DNA from: Guillardia theta CCMP2712
Lineage: Eukaryota > Protista > Cryptophyta
DNA: 64,000 nt
Assembly: GCF_000315625.1 (NCBI RefSeq)
Contig: NW_005434525.1
Span: forward strand, 69,447 to 133,446
Direction of reading: 5' to 3'
Below are positions 44,616 through 56,341 of the stretch, in pieces. Under the pieces are notes generated by a model. The model worked only from the letters and a program-made list of their open reading frames with translations. It did no database searches and was not told the DNA's origin. Numbering within the stretch: the first letter of the stretch is position 1; each line of letters starts with the position of its first letter. The position numbers and the translations under genes are program-made.

Positions 44616-47230
44616 AGCGCCGGTTATTTCAGGCAGCGCCGGTTATTTCAGGCAGCGCCGGTTATTTCAGGCAGCGCCGGTTATTTCAGGCAGCGCCGGT
44701 TATTTCAGGCAGCGCCGGTTATTTCAGGCAGCGCCGGTTATTTCAGGCAGCGCCGGTTATTTCAGGCAGCGCCGGTTATTTCAGGCAGCGCCGGTTATTT
44801 CAGGCAGCGCCGGTTATTTCAGGCAGCGCCGGTTATTTCAGGCAGCGCCGGTTATTTCAGGCAGTTCGCAACCTGCTGTATCGGAGATCATGCCAATACA
44901 CGCAGCGCGGACTTGTGGATGCCTCTGTCCTCGAAGCTGATCTTGTCGAGACCCCCGACGCTATCGCAGAAGCCATCCGCTCGACATGTCAGCAGGCACG
45001 ACGTGAGCTTCTACAAGAAGCGATGACTGGATGGAGTGACGCATCCAGAGAGTGGTTCATGAGGCAGATTGAAGAAGCCAAGAAGGAGAAGGTCGAGACA
45101 TACACCGCCTCAGCAGGCAACGAGGTGACTTCCTTCATCTCCATGACTCTCCTGGGCATCTCCTCGGTCCGTATAGACCCGAGATAGCGAGTGCTGATGA
45201 GATCCCGGTGACTGTTTCCTTCCTCCGCAATGCACAAGCGGAGAAGCTCTGGCAGGGAAGAGAGGACTTCGCGATCGATGGTCGCAAGTTCACAGCTGTA
45301 CATGTGAGCATCGTGCACGATCGATCTTTCAAGATTCGAGCCAAGAGAGGACCCTGGGGCAAAGGGGGCAGCTTGGCAGAGCTGACTCACCTGCTAACCT
45401 TGGGCGGCATGACAACGGCTGAGATAGCTGCCGTCTATCGCTATCAGCTGCTGCGCCAGTCCCTTGCAGCGGTCCAACTCCAGCCGCTGGCAGGCATGCT
45501 GGTCGCTGGGGCGCCAGGACAGCAAGTCCACAAAGGCTTAGGTCAGAAAGGCTTCATCGCTGTAGGGGCCAACGTCATCTGGAGACAGAGGGAGGTGGAG
45601 TGGATCGTCTCCTCGAGCTGCCCAGAGGCGAATGATACAGCATTTCGAGCTTTCCGAGAGAGCGAAGCGATGGAGGGAGTACACCTGACTCTGTTCAGCG
45701 AGGACCCGAAGATCAGAGAGGCGCTCGCAGTCGAGTTGACAGCCGATCGCTTTGTGTCCAGAAATAAGTTGAAGAAGGCATCAAGACTGCAGAAGAAGGC
45801 AGGCGGCAAGGACGGCAAGGAGATCAAGATCATCATCAAGTCGACGGCGGCATCTGGTCGCTTCACGAGGAAGGAGATGGAGGGGCTGTGCAACGGCGGC
45901 AACACGTCCATCGCAAGAGTCAAGAGAGTCTTGTTGGAGATCGCTAACAGGCTCGAGATCAACGTTGAAGGCATCGACATGGAGGAGGATTTGAACACCA
46001 AGTCCTGGAACGGGTCCAAGCTATGCATCCTCCTCGGCTCCACGGAGGATGCTCGACGCATGATGAAGGAGCTGCCCTTCTATCTCGACGGCGCAGCAAC
46101 CAAGCTCGAAGCAGTCGGCTTCGACAAGGAGCCTGAGGCGGCTGGTCAGCGGGGCACCAGCGACGCAGCGCAGCGACAGGAGGAGAGCGAGGGAGAGTGG
46201 CTGGAGTTTACAGACCTGGAGAGGATCACAATGGAGGCAGCATCTCCGTCAAGCCAAGAGGACATGCAGCTCGTCAGCGAGCTGTCAGCAGTCATCGAAG
46301 ATGCAGCTTCTTTGAACGAGGCGGGGACGAGCGAGCCGATCAAGCTGGTCCTGGACAAGGCCGTTGGCAACCTCCACGACACGTTCTACTCTCCGGGGAG
46401 CCTGGAGTTCATGTCGCTGGGAGAGTGGGCGAAGACGCCAGAGGAGCAGGGAGTGGGACGCAACGTTCTCAAGGAGAAGCTGGGGAAGTGGCTGCAGAGC
46501 AAGCGCTGGACTCGCGTGCAAGGAGAGAGCAAGAAGGCAAGGAGGGGCAGCGCGTTCTCGCCACGGGCAACGGCAGCTGCTGAGCTTGAGCAGGAGGCGG
46601 AGAGCGACGACATAGAGCGTCGATCTCTTAGCTTCCTGTTCATAGCACTGAGTAAATTCGCAGAGATGCATGTGCTGGCCTGCTCGCTGAAGGTGGACAA
46701 GAAGGACCGACTGCGGGTGGAGATGAGGGAAGATGACGAAGAAGAGGAAGACATGGAGGAAGAGCAAGGCGAGGGCGAGGAAGAAGACGGGGCGAGCCCG
46801 TACCGAGCTTGAGCTGAGCTCAAGGTAAGGAGAGAAGGTAGGAGGCGACCGAAGGCCAAGGTGAGGAGAGGCAACTCTCCTGACTGAGGCTGAGGAAGCT
46901 GAATGGAGGAGGAGTAGGTGGCGACCGAAGGCCAAGGTGAGGAGAGGCAACTCTCCTGACTGAGGCTGAGGAAGCTGAATGGAGGTAGAGTAGGTGGCGA
47001 CCGAAGGCCAAGGTGAGGAGAGGCAACTCTCCTGACTGAGGCTGAGGAAGCCAAGAGAAGACAGCAGAAGTAGAGAGTAGAAAGACGCCTCAGAAGCAGG
47101 GTTCGCATTGTAGGCCGTGTACTCCCAGTGCTCGCGCGCCTCTTTAGACTAGGATCAAATTGCAAAAGCCCACAACGAGGCCGAGCAACATTCTAGCATT
47201 CTAATAAACTCACATAATAATAATAATAAA
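44616..47230 (+). mobile_element. Family A copy A5 (13 x 19-mer at 44617-44863; ORF1 start deleted, frameshifted)
   Basis: Array joins directly to gttcgcaacctg; ORFs 44915-45187 and 45208-46812. Confidence 0.9.
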
Positions 47231-47255
47231 TATGGTTTAGGGTTTAGGGTTTAGG

Positions 47256-49964
47256 AGCCGGCCCTTAATAAGAGCATGCGGCCCTGCGGCGCGTAGGGAG
47301 AGCGCAAGGGGACCGATGGAAGCTGCGAGCAAGAGGTTCATCTAGTTCAAACAGCTTTCTAAGCATGGTACTACAGTATGATGAGAGCGTTCGCAACCTG
47401 CTGTATCGGAGATCATGCCAATACACGCAGGGTGAGCGCTCAGGAGGCCACGTCGAGGAGGCCGCCGACCTCGTCGAGAAGGTGAAGAACTTCACCAAGC
47501 GTTATCCGAATAGTCGGACAGCTTATGCTTGCAGAGCTGAGGGGGGATATCCGCTCGACAGGTCGGCAGGCGAGACGCGACCTGTTTGAAGACTCTCTGA
47601 GCGAATGGAGCTCAGAGTCGAAAGCATGGTTTATTCAACAGATGGAGGAGGCCAAGAAGCAGAATGTCGAGACATACATCGGCACCGAAGGCACCGAGGG
47701 GACCTCCTTCATCTCCATGACTCTCCTAGGGATTTCCTCGATGTTTGTTCGACAAGAAGAAAAGTTGAAAACGAAGCTTATGGACCTAGGTCTCATGGTA
47801 GACTCAGTCGATGGAGTCGACAAGGCCATCATGTGGAAAGCACCTTACAGACCTGAGATAGCACGAGCAGACGACATCTCAGTCACCGTCTCCTTCCTTC
47901 GGAATGAAGCAGCCATGGAGCTATGGGAAGGCAGGAGAGAATACACTATCGAAGGGAGAGTCTTTCGAGCCACAGAGGTGAGCATAGCACACGACCGGTC
48001 CTTCAAGCTTCGAGCCAAGCGAGGACCTTGGGGCAAGGGAGGGAGCCTTGCCGAGCTATCACAGCTCCTAGCTCTCGGAGGAATGTCGACGGCCGAGATC
48101 GCTCAGATTTATCGATTTCAGCTGCTCTCGCAATCTCTTGCAGCCGCAGAGGTACAACCGCTTGCAGGCATGCTCGTGCAGGGTGCTGGGCAGAGAGGTC
48201 GCAAGGGGCCGAGCCCGAAGACGTATGTCGCTGTTGGGGCAAGTACGGGAACTCTCCAGCAAAAAGAGCTGGAGTGGGTGCTCAGCTCGCCTTCGACGGC
48301 AAGTTGCGAGCAGACCTTGGCCTCGTTCAGAGAGAGCGAGGCGATGGAGGGGGTGCATCTCACTCTCATCAGCGACGACGCCAAGCTCAGAGAGACGTTT
48401 GCAGTCGAGCTCACAGCCGACACCTTCGTTCCTAGGGGAAAGATCGCCAAGCAGAGGAGGGCACTTCGCGAGAGAGATCATGCGGGGCGCAGCAGCTTCA
48501 GAGTGCAGATCAAGTCGAGGTCAAGCATGAGCACAGGCCGCTTCTCGAGGAAGGAGATGGAAGCGCTGTGCGGAGGAGGTAACACATCGATCACGAGAGT
48601 CAAGCGAGCCATGTTGGAGTTAGCAAGAAGGATAGGCGTGACGCCGGTCAGCGTCGAGGTCGAGGAGGATCGTGACACGCTCAGCTGGGACGGAAGCTCG
48701 ATAGCTCTCTCCCTGGCGACCAAGGCAGACGCTCGACGCCTGATGGACGACATGCCCTTTTACTTGGAAGGGATCCTGGAAGTCAAGCTCGAAGCGGTGG
48801 GGTTCAAGCTCAACGGGCCTCAGCATGAGGAGGAGAGGAGCCCGAGCAGCGAGGAGCAAGCCCAAGAGCCCCAAGGGCAGCAGCAAGGCGCTCAACAGGT
48901 CTTGGTCGACCTCTCGACGATGCTCTTGGAGACATCAGAGGAGGAGCTGCTAGCTGGCAAGCCGATCTCTCTGGAGCTAGACAAGAGTGTTGGGAAGCTG
49001 CATGACACCTTCTGCTCGCCGGGCAACGTGGAGTTCATGACGCTCGGAGCTTGGGCAGTCACGCCGACGCTGGGATCGAAGCGAAACATGTTGAAAGAAA
49101 AGCTCAGAGCGTACCTCGGCGAGCAGCGCTGGACTCGGGTGCAAGGGAACAAGGCAGCGAGGAGGGGCAGCGCCTTCTCTCCAAGGGCAGCAGCGACTGA
49201 TGCGCTCGAGCAGGAGGCCGAGAGCGATGACATCGAGAGTCGATCTGTAAGCCTCTTGTTTCTTGCGATCAGTAAATTTGCTGAGAACCATGGGTTGTGC
49301 TGCACGGGCAAGGTCGACAAGCAAGACCGACTGCGGCTGATGATGAGGGAGGAAGTCGACATGGAGGCTGAGGAGGGCGAGGGCGAGGAGGAGGAGGCCG
49401 GTGCAGGCCCCTCGCGCGCTTGAGGCTCGAGTCAGCGGAGCGGAGCTGTTGGCCCCATGGGGGGAAGGAGGAAGAAATAAATGAGGTGGACATGGGGCAA
49501 GCAACGAAGGTAAGGGCAGGTAAGCCGGTGGGAGAGGGGGGAGGGGGGCCGGGAGGAGGAGGCCGGGCGGAGGCCGGCCGGGCTCTCGGGCCCGGTCCGG
49601 ACCGAGGCCCCGGGGAAGGGACGTGAGTCCCAGGGACCCATACGCATTCCACCTACCAACCCATCCTTCATCCACTCACTGGCCGAAGGCCGGCCGAGAC
49701 CGTCAAGGGGTGTCGGAGCCGAGGAAGCAACACACTGTCACAAGTTGAAAGCACGGACGACCCCGACCAAGGCCGGCGGAGGAAACTCCACTGGCTGAGG
49801 CCGGGGAAGACCACTGAAGTATAGCAGAGGAGGGAGCAGAGCAGAAGCACGGCTGCCATAAGGGCCAGCCAAGTCGGGCCGAACTGCCAGGTCACTAGAA
49901 TAGTGCAAGGTGATAACAAACCATGCAAACTACCTAGCATTCTAATAAACTCAACTACTACTAC
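47256..49964 (+). mobile_element. Family C ORF1-only telomeric retroelement (diverged relative of A), (CTA)n tail
   Basis: ORF1 47365-49423 with one frameshift near 47550; distinct UTRs; ends CTAGCATTCTAATAAACTCAACTACTACTAC-TAGGG. Confidence 0.88.
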
Positions 49965-50003
49965 TAGGGTTTAGGGTTTAGAGTTTAGGGTTTAGGGTTT
50001 AGG

Positions 50004-51321
50004 AGGTTCCTTATTTCCTGGCAGGTTCCTTATTTCCTGGCAGGTTCCTTATTTCCTGGCAGGTTCCTTATTTCCTGGCAGGTTCCTTATTTCCTGGCAG
50101 GTTCCTTATTTCCTAGCAGGTTCCTTATTTCCTGGCAGGTTCCTTATTTCCTGGCAGGTTCCTTATTTCCTGGCAGGTTCCTTATTTCCTGGCAGGTTCC
50201 TTATTTCCTGGCAGGTTCCTTATTTCCTGGCAGGTTCCTTATTTCCTGGCAGGTTCCTTATTTCCTGGCAGGTTCCTTATTTCCTGGCAGGTTCCTTATT
50301 TCCTGGCAAGGTTCCTTATTTCCTGGCAGGTTCCTTATTTCCTGGCAGGTTCCTTATTTCCTGGCAGGTTCCTTATTTCCTGGCAGGTTCCTTATTTCCT
50401 GGCAGGTTCCTTATTTCCTGGCAAGGTTCCTTATTTCCTGGCAGGTTCCTTATTTCCTGGCAGGTTCCTTATTTCCTGGCAGGTTCCTTATTTCCTGGCA
50501 GGTTCCTTATTTCCTGGCAGGTTCCTTATTTCCTGGCAGGTTCCTTATTTCCTGGCAGGTTCCTTATTTCCTGGCAGGTTCCTTATTTCCTGGCAGGTTC
50601 CTTATTTCCTGGCAGGTTCCTTATTTCCTGGCAGGTTCCTTATTTCCTGGCAGGTTCCTTATTTCCTGGCAGGTTCCTTATTTCCTGGCAGGTTCCTTAT
50701 TTCCTGGCAGGTTCCTTATTTCCTGGCAGGTTCCTTATTTCCTGGCAGGTTCCTTATTTCCTGGCAGGTTCCTTATTTCCTGGCAGGTTCCTTATTTCCT
50801 GGCAGGTTCCTTATTTCCTGGCAGGTTCCTTATTTCCTGGCATGCAGATTTGCGGTACCCCTGCGCTGGTGGAGTAAGAGCCGCCAGGAACGACGGAAGC
50901 TTGGGAAACCATTGAGAATGCTCCGAAGCATGTGGCCAATATCTATTGTGAACCCTGACGAGATCGTGCAGTACCGTACCTCCAGCTACCTCAAGAGGCA
51001 GACGGAAACTGGAACGATGCCGTCACCAGCTGAGCTTGTGCGACGACTGGATGACTTCGCAAGGCAGAATCCCAAAAGCAGGACGAGCAAAGCTCTGAAA
51101 GCCAAAGAGATATCCTTGGAAGCCTTAGCCGAAGCCATCAGTCACACATGCAGCTTTGCTGAACCTTCACCACTGGAGAGTCTGAAAGGTCTCGGGCAGT
51201 GGGGTGATGATGCCAGGCAGTGGTACCTGTCCGAATTTCTAGCAGACAGGCAACGGCAGATGGAGGCCAGGTCTTATGATGACCAGGGCACGAGTGTGCA
51301 GACGATTACCATGAAGGTACT
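50004..51321 (+). mobile_element. Family B copy B3: 5' end only (44 x 19-mer at 50005-50842; ORF1 from ATG 50918), cut off at copy A6
   Basis: Homologous to ~54024-54503; ends at ...ATGAAGGTACT. Confidence 0.9.
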
Positions 51322-53991
51322 AGCGCCGGTTATTTCAGGCACCATGGCTGCACGCGTGGTGTAGGGGAAGCCGCCAGGGCGCCAAGGAAGCTGCAAGCGA
51401 GAGGTTTGTATACGTCAAATAGCTTTCTAAGTATGGTTCTTCAGTATGATGAAAATGTTCGCAACCTGCTGTATCGGAGATCTTGCCAATACACGCAGAG
51501 CGGACTTGTGGATGCCTCTGTCCTCGAAGCTGACCTCGTCGAGAGGGTGAAGAGCTTCGCGAAGCGTTATCCGAACAGTAGGACAGCCCAGGCTTGCAAG
51601 GCTGTGGAGGGATGCACCCCCGACGCTATCGCAGAAGCCATCCGCTCGACATGTCAGCAGGCACGACGGGAGCTTCTACAAGAAGCAATGACTGGATGGA
51701 GTGACGCATCCAGAGAGTGGTTTATGCAGCAGATTGAAGAAGCCAAGAAGGAGAAGGTCGAGACATACACCGCCACAGCAGGCAACGAGGTGACTTCCTT
51801 CATCTCCATGACTCTCCTGGGCATCTCCTCGGTGTATGTCAACCACGAAGAGAAGCTAAAGAAGAAATTCGAAGAGATCGGACTGATCGTAGACTCAGTG
51901 CAAGAGAGTAAAGCAATCATGTGGAAGGCTCCGTATAGACCCGAGATAGCGAGTGCTGGAGAGATCCCGGTGACTGTTTCCTTCCTCCGCAATGCACAAG
52001 CGGAGAAGCTCTGGCAGGGAAGAGAGGACTTCGCGATCGATGGTCGCAAGTTCACAGCTGTACATGTGAGCATCGTGCACGATCGATCTTTCAAGATTCG
52101 AGCCAAGAGAGGACCCTGGGGCAAAGGGGGCAGCTTGGCAGAGCTGACTCACCTGCTAACCTTGGGCGGCATGACAACAGCAGAAATAGCTGATGTCTAC
52201 CGGTATCAGCTGCTGCGCCAGTCCCTTGCAGCGGTCCAACTCCAGCCGCTGGCAGGCATGCTGGTCGCTGGGGCGCCAGGCCAGCAAGTCCACAAAGGCT
52301 TAGGTCAGAAAGGCTTCGTCGCTGTAGGGGCCAACGTCATCTGGAGACAGAGGGAGGTGGAGTGGATCGTCTCCTCGAGCTGCCCAGAGGCGAATGATAC
52401 AGCATTTCGAGCTTTCCGAGAGAGCGAAGCGATGGAGGGAGTACACCTGACTCTGTTCAGCGAGGACCCGAAGATCAGAGAGGCGCTCGCAGTCGAGTTG
52501 ACAGCCGATCGCTTTGTGTCCAGAAATAAGTTGAAGAAGGCATCAAGACTGCAGAAGAAGGCAGGCGGCAAGGACGGCAAGGAGATCAAGATCATCATCA
52601 AGTCGACGGCGGCATCTGGTCGCTTCACGAGGAAGGAGATGGAGGGGCTGTGCAACGGCGGCAACACGTCCATCGCAAGAGTCAAGAGAGTCTTGTTGGA
52701 GATCGCTAACAGGCTCGAGATCAACGTTGAAGGCATCGACATGGAGGAGGATTTGAACACGAAGTCCTGGAACGGGTCCAAGCTATGCATCTTCCTTGGC
52801 TCCACGGAGGATGCTCGACGCATGATGAAGGAGCTGCCCTTCTATCTCGAAGGCGCAGCCACCAAGCTCGAAGCAGTCGGCTTCGACAAGGAGCCTGAGG
52901 CGGCTGGTCAGCGGGGCACCAGCGACGCAGCGCAGCGACAGGAGGAAAGCGAGGGAGAGTGGCTGGAGTTTACAGACCTGGAGAGGATCACAATGGAGGC
53001 AGCATCTCCGTCAAGCCAAGAGGACATGCAGCTCGTCAGCGAGCTGTCAGCAGTCATCGAAGATGCAGCTTCTTTGAACGAGACGGGGACAAGCGAGCCA
53101 ATCAAGCTGGTCCTGGACAAGGCTGTTGGCAACCTCCACGACACCTTCTACTCCCCGGGGAGCCTGGAGTTCATGTCGCTGGGAGAGTGGACGAAGACGC
53201 CAGAGGAGCAGGGAGTGGGACGCAACGTTCTCAAGGAGAAGCTGGGGAAGTGGCTGCAGAGCAAGCGCTGGACTCGCGTGCAAGGAGAGAGCAAGAAGGC
53301 AAGGAGGGGCAGCGCGTTCTCGCCACGGGCAACGGCAGCTGCTGAGCTTGAGCAGGAGGCGGAGAGCGACGACATAGAGCGTCGATCTCTTAGCTTCCTG
53401 TTCATAGCACTGAGTAAATTCGCAGAGATGCATGTGCTGGCCTGCTCGCTGAAGGTGGACAAGAAGGACCGACTGCGGGTGGAGATGAGGGAAGATGACG
53501 AAGAAGAGGAAGACATGGAGGAAGAGCAAGGCGAGGGCGAGGAAGAAGACGGGGCGAGCCCGTACCGAGCTTGAGCTGAGCTCAAGGTAAGGAGAGAAGG
53601 TAGGAGGCGACCGAAGGCCAAGGTGAGGAGAGGCAACTCTCCTGACTGAGGCTGAGGAAGCTGAATGGAGGAGGAGTAGGTGGCGACCGAAGGCCAAGGT
53701 GAGGAGAGGCAACTCTCCTGACTGAGGCTGAGGAAGCTGAATGGAGGTAGAGTAGGTGGCGACCGAAGGCCAAGGTGAGGAGAGGCAACTCTCCTGACTG
53801 AGGCTGAGGAAGCCAAGAGAAGACAGCAGAAGTAGAAAGTAGAAAGACGCCTCAGAAGCAGGGTTCGCATTGTAGGCCGTGTACTCCCAGTGCTCGCGCG
53901 CCTCTTTAGACTAGGATCAAATTGCAAAAGCCCACAAAGAGGCCGAGCAACATTCTAGCATTCTAATAAACTCACATAATAATAATAATAA
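51322..53991 (+). mobile_element. Family A copy A6, full length with a single 5' 19-mer
   Basis: Intact ORF1, 3' repeats, (TAA)n tail. Confidence 0.92.
51433..53574 (+). CDS. Family A ORF1 protein (713 aa from first ATG)
   Basis: Uninterrupted ORF, near-identical to A4. Confidence 0.85.
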   Translation: MVLQYDENVRNLLYRRSCQYTQSGLVDASVLEADLVERVKSFAKRYPNSRTAQACKAVEGCTPDAIAEAIRSTCQQARRELLQEAMTGWSDASREWFMQQIEEAKKEKVETYTATAGNEVTSFISMTLLGISSVYVNHEEKLKKKFEEIGLIVDSVQESKAIMWKAPYRPEIASAGEIPVTVSFLRNAQAEKLWQGREDFAIDGRKFTAVHVSIVHDRSFKIRAKRGPWGKGGSLAELTHLLTLGGMTTAEIADVYRYQLLRQSLAAVQLQPLAGMLVAGAPGQQVHKGLGQKGFVAVGANVIWRQREVEWIVSSSCPEANDTAFRAFRESEAMEGVHLTLFSEDPKIREALAVELTADRFVSRNKLKKASRLQKKAGGKDGKEIKIIIKSTAASGRFTRKEMEGLCNGGNTSIARVKRVLLEIANRLEINVEGIDMEEDLNTKSWNGSKLCIFLGSTEDARRMMKELPFYLEGAATKLEAVGFDKEPEAAGQRGTSDAAQRQEESEGEWLEFTDLERITMEAASPSSQEDMQLVSELSAVIEDAASLNETGTSEPIKLVLDKAVGNLHDTFYSPGSLEFMSLGEWTKTPEEQGVGRNVLKEKLGKWLQSKRWTRVQGESKKARRGSAFSPRATAAAELEQEAESDDIERRSLSFLFIALSKFAEMHVLACSLKVDKKDRLRVEMREDDEEEEDMEEEQGEGEEEDGASPYRA

Positions 53992-54100
53992 TAGGGTTTA
54001 GGGTTTAGATCCCTTTATCTGAGGCATGCAGATCAGCGGGATCCCTGCGTGGTAGAGCAAGAGTCGCCAGGAACGCAGGAAGCTCGGGAAACCATCGAGA

Positions 54101-56341
54101 ATGCTTCGAAACATGTGGCCAATATCTATTGTGAACCCTGACGAGATCGTGCAGTACCGTACCTCCAGCTACCTCAAGAGGCAGACGGAAGCTGCAACGA
54201 TGCCGTCATCAGCCGAACTGATGCGGAGACTGGATGAATTCGCAAGGCAGAACCCCAAAAGCAGGACGAGCAAAGCTCTGAAAGCAAAAGAAATTTCCTT
54301 GGAAGCCTTAGCCGAAGCCATCAGTCAGACATGCAGCTTTGCTGAACCCTCGTCACTGGAGAATCCGAAAGGGCTCAGGCAGTGGGGTGACGATGTCAAG
54401 CAGTGGTACCTGTCAGAGTTCCAAGCTGACAGACAAAGGCAGATGGAGGCCAGATCATATGATGATCAGGGCACCAATGTGCAGACGATTACCATGAAGG
54501 TACTTGGGATCCCTGCATACTTTTCCAGACAGGTGGAAAACTTATGCCTCAAGCTTGAAGAGCAAGGCTTGATCGTCGATCAGACGCAAGATAGCAGGAG
54601 CCTGATCTTCAAGGCTCCCTTGAAGCCTGACCTTGTGCAGGCAGCGGAGATCCCAGCAGTGATCACCTTTGTCCGCAATGAGGCGGCTGAGAAACTCTGG
54701 AAAGGAGAAGGTACCTTCAAGGTGGCAGGCAGGAGGATTCTAGCAGTGAACCCAGCAGCCAACCCACCGATCTCGTTCAAGATGCGGCCAAAGAAGGAGA
54801 ACATGAGCAGAGTTGGAATCCTAGCTGAGGTGGCCCAACTCCTGATGCTCAACGATTCGAGCACAGGTGACATATGTGAGATCTACAGGCAGCTATGCCT
54901 GAAGCAGGGATTAGCGATCATTGATCTGATCCCAAACGCGGGAATGACAGTGAACCTCCCCCCCAAGAGGAACCTGCCGCCAAAGAAGGTGTTCGCTGCG
55001 GTAGGAATAGAAACAGTCAACCAGAACAGAGAGGTCGACTGGATCGCAACGTGCTCGAGCCTTGAAGCAGCGGACATCGTTCTTCAAGCATTCGATCGAC
55101 ATGGAAAGGATCGTGCAGGAGTCACTTTGGGACTGGTCTCAGAGAATGACAAAATACTGAAATGGTTCTCAGTGCAGATGGAAGCAACGGCGCTGCACAA
55201 GAATATGAAGAATGCGGTGCGACAAGAGGGCACGGCAATGGCAACGGGAGCAGAGATGCTGTACTCGGTACAAATCTCCTCTCCTGTGCCGTCAGGGAAG
55301 TTCTCCCGAAATGAGATCGAAAAAATCTGCGCAAGTGACGAAACGGGCAGAGCAAAAGTCATCCGAAACATTCGGAGGGCTGTCGCTTGCTTTGATCCAC
55401 AGGTGGAAAAAGATCTCCAACGGATCCACCTCCAATGCGATCCAGAAACAGGGATCTGGGATGGGTCTGGTATCATTCTCCGGCTACGCAGTGAAAGTAG
55501 TGCAAGAAAGATGATGGCTGAATTCCCCACACAGCTCCTCTGCTGGCAAGGCACAGTTGAAATCCAAACGACAGCGAGCAGTCTGAACCTCCAAGTGTCG
55601 CCTCAGGCAACTCGCGATCAGTCTAACCCTGAGGCCAGGTCACAAGCGACGGGGACCAGAGCAGAAGGAACTGTGTGGAAAGAGATCGAGCTCAGTTCCA
55701 TTATCAATGAAACAAACCTCCCAGATGCGGGAACGGACGTGGTCGTCGAAGAACTTAAGGAAACTATTGCTGACGTAACTAGGAGCGAGCTGCAACAGCA
55801 AGGACAGCTTCAACTCCATCTTGATGACGCGGTGCAAGAGATGGCTCCGGAGAGCCCAGGAAATGCATCCTTCCCCACGCTACAAGAGTGGGCTGATAAG
55901 GGTGCCAACGCGGCAGAGAATGCCGTGAGCAAACGACTGCGTGAACGAGTCAGGGTGATTGCAGGCAAACATACGTGGAAGGTAGCGAAGCGCAAGAACA
56001 GCGCTTTCGCACCAAATGAAGAGAAGCCATTGAAAACTGATCTCCTCTTCATTGCTTTGAATAAATTCCTGGAGGCAACGGCGCTCTCCCTCGTAGGAAT
56101 GCTGGGAGATAGAAACGAATTGAAATTTGTTTTGAGCAGTGAGCTACAGATGAAAGACGCTCGAATGGAAGCGGAAGAGATGTCGCTTGACTCCTTCCCA
56201 GCAGCGGAGGAGGAGGAGGAGAGGGCAGGTGGGACAGTGGGCACCAGGGCGTGGTGGAATCAAGCAGAAAGAGACAAGAAGGTGAGAAAAAGAATGACAA
56301 AGAAAATCCAAAAAACAGAAAAATACAAACATTCGACTTGA
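54101..56341 (+). CDS. Family B ORF1 (746 aa)
   Basis: LIFKAPLKPDLVQAAEIPAVITFVRNEAAEKLWKG aligns with family A IMWKAPYRPEIASADEIPVTVSFLRNAQAEKLWQG; NSAFAP..LLFIALNKF aligns with GSAFSP..FLFIALSKF. Confidence 0.85.
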   Translation: MLRNMWPISIVNPDEIVQYRTSSYLKRQTEAATMPSSAELMRRLDEFARQNPKSRTSKALKAKEISLEALAEAISQTCSFAEPSSLENPKGLRQWGDDVKQWYLSEFQADRQRQMEARSYDDQGTNVQTITMKVLGIPAYFSRQVENLCLKLEEQGLIVDQTQDSRSLIFKAPLKPDLVQAAEIPAVITFVRNEAAEKLWKGEGTFKVAGRRILAVNPAANPPISFKMRPKKENMSRVGILAEVAQLLMLNDSSTGDICEIYRQLCLKQGLAIIDLIPNAGMTVNLPPKRNLPPKKVFAAVGIETVNQNREVDWIATCSSLEAADIVLQAFDRHGKDRAGVTLGLVSENDKILKWFSVQMEATALHKNMKNAVRQEGTAMATGAEMLYSVQISSPVPSGKFSRNEIEKICASDETGRAKVIRNIRRAVACFDPQVEKDLQRIHLQCDPETGIWDGSGIILRLRSESSARKMMAEFPTQLLCWQGTVEIQTTASSLNLQVSPQATRDQSNPEARSQATGTRAEGTVWKEIELSSIINETNLPDAGTDVVVEELKETIADVTRSELQQQGQLQLHLDDAVQEMAPESPGNASFPTLQEWADKGANAAENAVSKRLRERVRVIAGKHTWKVAKRKNSAFAPNEEKPLKTDLLFIALNKFLEATALSLVGMLGDRNELKFVLSSELQMKDARMEAEEMSLDSFPAAEEEEERAGGTVGTRAWWNQAERDKKVRKRMTKKIQKTEKYKHST

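Noticed and set aside
37529-53927. Recurrent antisense ORFs within A/C copies
   Set aside because: Shadows of the sense ORF1, recurring only because the element is repeated
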